Assembly: GCA_012295275.1 (NCBI GenBank)
Contig: CM022673.1
Coordinates: 20,522,001-20,586,000, forward strand
DNA: 64,000 bases
Direction: 5' to 3'
Origin: Chrysomallon squamiferum
Lineage: Eukaryota > Animalia > Mollusca
Part shown: positions 27,701 to 37,700 of the stretch, in pieces
Layout of the letters: every line of letters begins with the position of its first letter
How positions within the stretch are numbered: the stretch's first letter is position 1
Position numbers and translations under genes: made by a program
Notes under the pieces: model-generated
What the model was told of the DNA's origin: nothing
Databases searched by the model: none
What the model saw: only the letters and a program-made list of their open reading frames with translations

Positions 27701-30700
27701 ATTTAAATTGTGTAATAACAATAACAATGAAATGAAGTGGTTGTTGTTTTTTTATGAAAAATAAATTGGGGCTAATAAAAAAAACAAATTTGCAGTCGCA
27801 GAATGCAGCAAGAACAAAGAAAGAAAAATGAAGAATTACGAGCAGAAAAAGAAAAGAAAAAAGAACAACAGGGAAAGGAAGAGAATGATGACAAGTCAGA
27901 AACAAAAGAAAACAAAAGTGAAGATGCTTCAAAACAAGGTTCAAATATTGTCATAATCATTCCAATTAAGTTTCAGCTAAAGAGAACTATGAAATCCTTA
28001 GGTTTGCTTTTAAAATCTTCCAATTTTTAACTTCCTTAAAAAATCGTAAATTGTATTTACTTTAATTGTACATAAATGATTCTGTGAATATACATGCCTT
28101 CTTTTAATGCCATAAGATTTTCAGTTTGTTTTCTCTTAGGATTAAAATTTACAGGACAAGATAAATTTTTCTAATTTGCAATTTAAAAAAATATAGCCAA
28201 AATATACCTAATAAAATTAACCATTTTAAAAATGTCAGAGGTAAAAGCAAGTTTGTTGATTTGGTTGTAACAATTGTGTTGTTATTTACCCTGCAGGTTT
28301 AACACTGACAAGTTTCTATGGTGCACAGAATTCAAACACAGCACCTGCTGATGGACCAGCTAACAATGTGGCAGACCTTGATGCTGATGGTGATAATTTG
28401 GCCTCCGTTGTAAGAAGACGTAGGATGATGGTTGCTCAGGCTGCCTTGGAGAGAGAGAGAAAAGAAAGAGAAAGACGAATTCAGTAAGTGAAAAAATTTG
28501 GAATTGATTTTGATGCCTTTCATTTTTGTAAGTGTGATAGATAAGAGAAGGAAGAATAGTTTGGAAGAACATCTGTGACTGAAGTATAACATATTATGAT
28601 TGCTTAATAAGCAGTTCTACATATAATAGTATATCACAGGAAAGTAGACAGTAATAATGTGAGTGAAATGGAAAGACTAAAAACAACCAAAAAACCTGAA
28701 ATTTTAAAAACAATAATTTTTTTCCTCCTTCAGGTTGGAGAAGGAAATGGAAGAAGAAAGGAAACTGAGAGATAAAGAAAAGTTTGAAGAACAGTTTAAG
28801 GTGTGTGTATAGATAGATAGATATACACATTTTTTTTTAATAAATCAAAAAACTTGATTGATTACTTTAGTCTTGAATTAATGTTTTATTTTCAAACGGG
28901 ATGATCTTTAAGGTCACGAAAGATAACTGGAAAAATATAATTCATCACATCCGATTTTTAAAGTGACCAAAGTTCACTTTTTATTTTTTTTATTTTTTAA
29001 ATGCTAATGTTACATTTGTTCTGAATACAGACTGGTATAATACTTGCAAAGAAAGTTCTTAGAACTACTCCTATAGGAACAGACAGGAATCACAGTCGTT
29101 ACTGGATTTTCAACAGCTGTACGCCAGGATTGTTCATAGAAAAAGGTAACATGTTCATAAAAAAACAAAAATCTAATTTAAATGTTACTTTTCTAAAAAT
29201 AAATGAACATTCTATATTTCTTGATTACAACTATAGCCATCATTAAATAATGTTTCTAAATCAATGATGTATCATTCTTACCTTTCTAAAATATTCCAAC
29301 ACTTCAACTTCTCCATAAGAATCATAGAAAAAAACCAAAAAACATAATTTTAAGTTTAATTGTATCTATTTTATATTTTGTAAATGTTGAGCAAGTGTGT
29401 TTCTGTGCTTTATTAAACTTGATTATTTTGCAAAAGATTTCTAGCAAGCCATTATTCCAACAGAAAGCCTAAATCATAGCATGCATATCTGTGACTGTGT
29501 AATTATATTGTAGGCTGGGTAAACAGTGATGTAAACTACAGCACATTTAAGTCACCAGAAGGCAGAGATGCTGATAGTGTTCCATCCACTCCAAAAAAAT
29601 CTGAAATCACAGAGTCAAAACCATTTACACCTGCAAAACGAGGTCGTCGCAGAAAAGATGAGGGTCAGACATCGTAAGTTGGGTTTTATTGATTTGGAAA
29701 TGTCCAAGCTGATTAATAATGTGTTGTCCAGTAATAAAAGTTGAAGAACAACAACTCTCTCTCACAGAGCCAGAAATTTACAGTTAATAAATTCTTGAGA
29801 TCTGAGACAATTCAAAACTTACTTTTATTATATGAAGTCATATAAATCTGGCATTACACTACAGATTTAAAGAATGACCACAGTGATTAGGGAGACACAT
29901 TGTGAAACATTTCTGACATTCCAGAAATGTTTTTTTGCCAATTTTTAGTTACACCATAATGATGAGGGTCGAGGATGTTGAAAATTAAAAATCTCAACAA
30001 TAAATATAGTTTAAGTCTGAGAATTCTTTCTTAAATTTAAAATTCCACAAGGATTTTATTATGATCCTGTATTATCATTACTTTTTTGCAGCATTCCACA
30101 TCCAGGACAGAATCTGTGGTTTACCTATGATTCACTGAAAGATTTAGAAAAACTGATGAGCAGTCTTCATCCACAAGGTTCCCGTGAGAGTGCACTGAGG
30201 CAGGAGGTGAAAAAGAACTATGACAGCATCAGCAAAAATATAATACTAGCACAACGGCAAGTATTCCTGGCATACTTAGATAATTCAGTACTATTTGCTT
30301 TTTATATTTATTTCTACATTTGTTTTTCTGTTCTAAGCTAAATTAAACATTAAATTGATAATTTATATACATAAACCATTTGATATTAATTTGAAACTAC
30401 ATCACTGAAAAATAATAACTGATTGTTTTTAATGTTACTTATTTATTTATAATGTAAGAAAGAGTCCTAATGGAAGTTAACAGACTTCAGAATATTTTAA
30501 AGTTTGAATCTGTGATGAAAGTGCAGGGGTCCAGAACACAGTCAGGAATGTGGACTGTTGACTTGAGACGTCTGCATGTGGCAGAAATTGTCTCAAGAAG
30601 GATATGCAGCTGTCTGAGATTTAATATTAGATTATTCAGAATATTTTATTTTATTTTATTTTTCATGGGTTTAAAATGTTTATGTTTTTTTTTGTTTTTT

Positions 30701-33700
30701 TTTAAATAGAACAAACCTGGAATTAAGAGAGTCTGATGGAGAAGTTGAAATGTTGGAAGGTTTTAGAAAGGTGAGAACCGTATCATTTGTATATAAAACA
30801 TTATTTAATGGTAGCTATAGTTGTAATCCAGAAGTAAAGAACAAAGAGTTTTATCCTATTCAATTCACTATTTCAAAACATTTCCTAGGCATTTTAAATG
30901 TTCTGATCAGGAATGATTTGATGTTTTTCAACTTTGTTTTTGCTTTTTATTAATAATCATTAAAAATCATTTATTAATTAATTAATTTATTTATTTAATT
31001 TCTTTTTTAAACACAGGAACTTCAGGACACAGAGTTAAGATTGAGAAATGGTGGACTTGGTGGTGTTAATGATTTTGGAAAGTGGGAAGGAAAACTTCTA
31101 TCTACCAAAGAAATATCAGAACTAGTAAGTGTTTAGAACAAGGAAGTTAAATAATTACATAATAAATTTTTGTTTTAATCCATGATGAAAGTGCAGGGGT
31201 CCAGAACACAGTTGGAAATGTGGACTGTCGACTCCAGATATCTGCATGTGGCAGAATATATCTGGAGAAGGATACGCAGCTCTCTGAGATTTAAACATAA
31301 TTTCTTATTATATAGCTACATTTCAGAAATTAAAATGTGTCAGGAAGCAGTTTCTGAAATATACAGTTTGCCATAAAATAAAACAAAGAAAATAGTGTGA
31401 GTGCACATTCAAAACATTTTCAAATAATGTTTAATTAATAAAAATAAATAATGTAGTATAACTGATTGGTTCCTGGTTTAAAATACTTATATCTACAAAT
31501 AATGAATAAATATTAAGTATTGTGGGAACAATATATCAAAGCTGCTCTTTACTATGTCTAATCTTTCCTGTACGTAACTGCATGTTTTCATTTACTCTCT
31601 GACATTTTATTTTTGTCACTTTGTGTGAAAGTTAAGACTGAAAAATAGTGGATTTGGTGATGTTTCTGATTTTTGAAAAGTGGGAAGGAAAACTTCTTTC
31701 CACCAAAGAAATCTTAGCACTAGTAAGTGTTTAGAACAAGGAAGTTACATAATTACATAATACATTTTTGTTTTAATCCATGATGAAAGTGCAGGGGTGC
31801 AGAACACAGTTGGAAATGTGGACTGTCGACTCCAGATATCTGCATGTGGCAGAATATATCTGGAGAAGGATACGCAGCTCTCTGAGATTTAAACATAATT
31901 TCTTATTATATAGCTACAATTCAGGAATTAAAATGTGTCAGGAAGATTTTTCTGAAATATACAGTTTGCCATAAAATAAAACAAAGAAAATTGTGTGTGT
32001 GTGTGTGCGCGTGCATTCAAAAATTTTAATGTTAAAGTTGAGTCATTATGCAACTCGCTGCAAGAAACAAAATTTATATTAGTTTTCTGATGTCAGTGGA
32101 AATAGGTTTGTATTTTGTCATTAAACAATGCAAAAACATTTTCAAATATTATTTTAATTAATAAATATAGGTAGGATAATTGATTGGTTCCTAATTTAAA
32201 ATATTTATGTCTACAAATAATGAATAAATTTTGAGTATTGAGGGGACAAATGTATCAAAACTCATCTATTCTGTGTCTCTAACCTTTCCTGAAAGTAACT
32301 ACATGGTTTCATTTACACTGACATTGCGTCAGTGGTGTGAAAGTTAAGATTGAGAAATGGTGGACTTGGTGGTGTTTCTGATTTTGGAAAGTGGGAAGGA
32401 AAACTTCTTTCCACCAAAGAAATCTCAGCACTAGTAAGTGTTTAGAACAAGGGCCCAAGGAAGTTAAATAATTACATAATAGATTTTTGTTTTAATCCAT
32501 GATGAAAGTGCAGGGGTCCAGAACACAGTTGGAAATGTGGACTGTTGACTCCAGATATCTGCATGTGGTAGAATATATCTGGAGAAGGATACGCAGCTCT
32601 CTGAGATTTTAGCTTTATTTTCTTATTATATAGCCTCAATTCAGAAATTAAAATGTGTCAGGAAGAAGTTTCTGAAATATACAGTTTGCCATAAAATAAA
32701 ACAAAGAAAATAGTGGGAGTGCACATTCAAAACATTTTCAAATAATGTTTAATTAATAAAAATAAATAATGTAGTATAACTGATTGGTTCCTGGTTTAAA
32801 ATACTTATATCTACAAATAATGAATAAATATTAAGTATTGTGGGAACAATATATCAAAGCTGCTCTTTACTATGTCTAATCTTTCCTGTACGTAACTGCA
32901 TGTTTTCATTTACTCTCTGACATTTTATTTTTGTCACTTTGTGTGAAAGTTAAGACTGAAAAATAGTGGATTTGGTGATGTTTCTGATTTTTTGAAAATG
33001 GGAAGGAAAACTTCTTTCCACCAAATAAATCTCAGCACTAGTAAGTGTTTAGAACAAGGAAGTTACATAATTACATAATAGATTTTTGTTTTAATCCATG
33101 ATGAAAGTGCAGGGGTGCAGAACACAGTTGGAAATGTGGACTGTCGACTCCAGATATCTGCATGTGGCAGAATATATCTGGAGAAGGATACGCAGCTCTC
33201 TGAGATTTAAACATAATTTCTTATTATATAGCTACAGTTCAGGAATTAAAATGTGTCAGGAAGATTTTTCTGAAATATACAGTTTGCCATAAAATAAAAC
33301 AAAGAAAATTGTGTGTGTGTGTGTGTGTGTGTGTGTTCGCGTGCATTCAAAAATTTTAATGTTAAAGTTGAGTCATTATGCAACTCGCTGCAAGAAACAA
33401 AATTTATATTAGTTTTCTGATGTCAGTGGAAATAGGTTTGTATTTTGTCATTAAACAATGCAGAAAACGTTTTCAAATATTATTTTAATTAATAAATATA
33501 GGTAGGATAATTGATTGGTTCCTAATTTAAAATATTTATGTCTACAAATAATGAATAAATTTTGAGTATTGAGGGGACAAATGTATCAAAGCTCATCTAT
33601 TCTGTGTCTCTAACCTTTCCTGAAAGTAACTACATGGTTTCATTTACACTGACATTTTATTTTTGTCAGTGGTGTGAAAGTTAAGATTGAGAAAGGGTGG

Positions 33701-34645
33701 ACTTGGTGGTGTTTCTGATTTTGGAAAGTGGGAAGGAAAACTTCTTTCCACCAAAGAAATCTCAGCACTAGTAAGTGTTTAGAACAAGGGCCCAAGGAAG
33801 TTAAATAATTACATAATAGATTTTTGTTTTAATCCATGATGAAAGTGCAGGGGTCCAGAACACAGTTGGAAATGTGGACTGTTGACTCCAGATATCTGCA
33901 TGTGGTAGAATATATCTGGAGAAGGATACGCAGCTCTCTGAGATTTTAGCTTTATTTTCTTATTATATAGCCTCAATTCAGAAATTAAAATGTGTCAGGA
34001 AGAAGTTTCTGAAATATACAGTTTGCCATAAAATAAAACAAAAAAATTAGTGGGAGTGCACATTCAAAACATTTTCAAATAAAGTTTAATTAATAAAAAT
34101 AAATAATGTAGTATAACTGATTGGTTCCTGGTTTAAAATACTTATATCTACAAATAATGAATAAATATTAAGTATTGTGGGAACAATATATCAAAGCTGC
34201 TCTTTACTATATCTAATCTTTCCTGTATGTAACTGCATGTTTTCATTTACTCTCTGACATTTTATTTTTGTCACTTTGTATGAAAGTTAAGATTGAGAAA
34301 TGGTGGACTTGGTGGTGTTTCTGATTTTTGGAAAGTGGGAAGGAAAACTTCTTTCCACCAAAGAAATATCAGAACTAGTAAGTGTTTAGAACAAGGAAGT
34401 TAAATAATTACATAATAGATTTTTGTTTTAATCCATGATGAAAGTGCAGGGGTCCAGAACACAGTTGGAAATGTGGACTGTCGACTCCAGATATCTGCAT
34501 GTGGCAGAATATATCTGGAGAAGGATACGCAGCTCTCTGAGATTTAAACATAATTTCTTATTATATAGCTGCATTTCAGAAATTAAAATGTGTCAGTAAG
34601 TAGCTTCTGAAATATACAGTTTGCCATAAAATAAAACAAAGAAAA

Positions 34646-34702
<57 letters not shown>

Positions 34703-37700
34703 CATTCAACAATTTTAATGTTAAAGTTGTCATTATGCAACTCACTGCAAGAAACAAAATTTATATTAGTTTTCTGATGTCAGTGGAAATAGGTTTGTAT
34801 TTTGTCATTAAACAATGCAGAAAACATTTTCAAATATTATTTTAATTAATAAAAATAAATATAGGTAGGATAATTGATTGGTTCCTAATTTAAAATATTT
34901 ATGTCTACAAATAATGAATAAATTTTGAGTATTGAGGGGACAAATGTATCAAAGCTGATCTATTCTGTGTGTCTAACCTTTCCTGAAAGTAACTACGTGG
35001 TTTCATTTACACTCTGACATTGTGTCAGTGGTGTGAAAGTTAAGATTGAGAAATGGTGGACTTGGTGGTGTTTCTGATTTTGGAAAGTGGGAAGGAAAAC
35101 TTCTTTCCACCAAAGAAATATCAGAACTAGTAAATGTTTAGAAAAGAAAGTTAAATAATTACATAATAGATTTTTGTTTTAATCCATGATGAAAGTGCAG
35201 GGGTCCAGAACACAGTTGGAAATGTGGACTGTCGACTCCAGATATCTGCATGTGGCAGAATATATCTGGAGAAGGATACGCAGCTCTCTGAGATTTAAAC
35301 ATAATTTCTTATTATATAGCTACAGTTCAGAAATTAAAATGTGTCAGGAAGATTTTTCTGAAATATACAGTTTGCCATAAAATAAAACAAAAGAAAATAG
35401 TGTGTATGTGTGTGTGTGTGTCTATACACACATTTAAAAACTTGAATGTTAAAGTTGAGTCATAACACAACTTGCATAATAATAAATTTATATTATTTTT
35501 CTGATGTCAGAGGAAATAGGTTCTTCTTTTATCATTAAAACAATGCAGAAAACATTTTCAAATAATTTTTAATTAATAAAAATAAATATATATATATTAA
35601 GTATTATGGGGACACGTATTTCAAAGCTGCTCTTTACTATGTCTAACCTTTCCTGAAAGTAACTACATGTTTTCATTTACTCTCTGACATTTTATTTTTG
35701 TTAATTTGTGTGAAAGTTAAGACTGAAAAATGGTGGACTTGGTGGTGTTTCCAATTTTGGAAACTGGGAAGGAAGACTTCTTTCCACCAAACAATTCTCA
35801 GAACTAGTAAATGTTTAGAAAAAGAAAGTTACATAATACATTTTTGTTTTAATCCATGATGAAAGTGCAGGGGTCCAGAACACAGTTGGAAATGTGGACT
35901 GTCGACTCCAGATATCTGCATGTGGCAGAATATATCTGGAGAAGGATACGCAGCTCTCTGAGATTTAAACATAATTTCTTATTATATAGCTACATTTCAG
36001 AAATTAAAATGTGTCAGTAAGTAGCTTCTGAAATATACAGTTTGCCATAAAATAAAACAAAGAAAATAGTGCGTGTGTGTGTGCATATTCAAAAATTTGA
36101 ATATTAAAGTTGAGTCATTACTTCAATAAATTTATATTATTTTTCTGGTTATGGTGAAAATAGGTTCTTATTTTGTCATTAAAATACTGCAGAAAACATT
36201 TTCAAATAATGTTTTAATGAATAAAAATAAATATAGGTAGGATAATTGATTGGTTCCTGGCTTAAATGATAAAATTAATAAATATTGAGTATTAAGAGGA
36301 GACATGTATCAAAGCTGATATTTTTTCTGTGCGTCTAACCTTTCCTGAAAGTAACCTCATGTTTTCATTTATACTTTTTATGTGTTGTCAGTTTGTGTGA
36401 AATATTAGTGACAGTTGCTAAAATTTCATAAACAGTGGTGACAACATTTTATTTCAAATTATACCACTGTGAAGGCAGGTTATTATGATCTGTGATGAAC
36501 ATGCAGGAGTCGACTGCAGATATCTGCATGTGGTAGAAATTGGCTGGTGAAGGATAGGTAGCTGACTAAGTTTTTCAGAATTTACATTTAAAAGTTTTAA
36601 CAAATGCATTTTAAAACAGTTTTAGTCCTTTATCCCAACATTTCCACCTCTATAATTCAAGATTTTGTGTTATGTACTCCAGATTAATATCTGAATATAG
36701 ATAATATAATATTTCGTTAACTTTAAAATGAAAATTTTCTTTTAATTATCAGTCAGTTTATGATTTCCTTCATCTTCAATTTCAGGGTTCCTGTTTAAAA
36801 GAGGTGCAGTCACATGTTCTCGAAAAGTTTCTGAAAGGTTTTATGAAACCAAAGGTTCCAAAAGCCCAAACAACCATTATACACAATACTGAAGACCATA
36901 TCAAAGGTAGAACATTATTTTTATTATTTTTCTATAGATTTACCAATTCAGGTTTATAAATAACATTTTGTTTCTGGAATTAAATTGGTTCCATCACACA
37001 ACTTGTGAGTTCTTGTTTAAAAAAAGTAAAAGTAACACAAAGTCCCCAGAAAACTACTGAATAGCTTTTAAATATAAATATGGATATGTCTGTGTATCGT
37101 GCTTTATAAAGAATAATGATCTAAGCTTCAGCTTTTTTCAAAACTAACATCAGTTATACACAATACTGAAGACCATATCAAAGGTAGAACATTATTTTTA
37201 TTATTTTTCTATAGATTTACCAATTCAGGTTTATAAATAACATTTTGTTTCTGGAATTAAATTGGTTCCATCACACAACTTGTGAGTTCTTGTTTAAAAA
37301 AAGTAAAAGTAACACAAAGTCCCCAGAAAACTACTGAATAGCTTTTAAATATAAATATGGATATGTCTGTGTATCGTGCTTTATAAAGAATAATGATCTA
37401 AGCTTCAGCTTTTTTCAAAACTAACATCAGTTACTGTAATTTCAGAAGAAGATGTTGGTGTTGAGGATGATGAGGATGACAAGAAACGATCATCACGAAT
37501 AGCACAGTGGAGAGATGCAATAGACAGCTGCCAGACTCTGTCCAGACTTCATGTTCTTCTTGGAATGTTTGACTCCTGCATCAAATGGGAGAAATCAGCA
37601 GAAAATGCAGTATGTTATTTTGAATTAAACAACTTGCTTTTCTTGAAAATTGATTTTTTTTTTTTTTTTTTTTTAAAAAAAAAAGTAAATCTCTATCTTT

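Larger units (their letters stand above)
31033..36401 (+). repeat. Tandem array of 8 units (about 600-750 bp), each with the 3' 90 nt of BAZ1B exon 23, its donor, a C/D snoRNA and intron sequence
   Basis: Exon-derived segments start at 31035 (true exon), 31632, 32344, 32950, 33681, 34287, 35040 and 35717; each is followed by GTAAGT or GTAAAT. Short and (GT)n-containing long units alternate. Confidence 0.95.

Noticed and set aside
31182-35380. Repeated 64-aa ORFs [22 protein letters not shown]... (and 30470-30709) as a tandem small-protein family
   Set aside because: The ATGATG is the snoRNA box C. The ORF is broken in several units while the RNA boxes and stems are conserved, so the signal is RNA structure rather than coding.
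31033-36401. Array as a CRISPR-like or retrotransposon array
   Set aside because: Eukaryotic context; units are 600-750 bp near-identical host exon/intron duplications with no unique spacers, LTRs or RT/cas genes.
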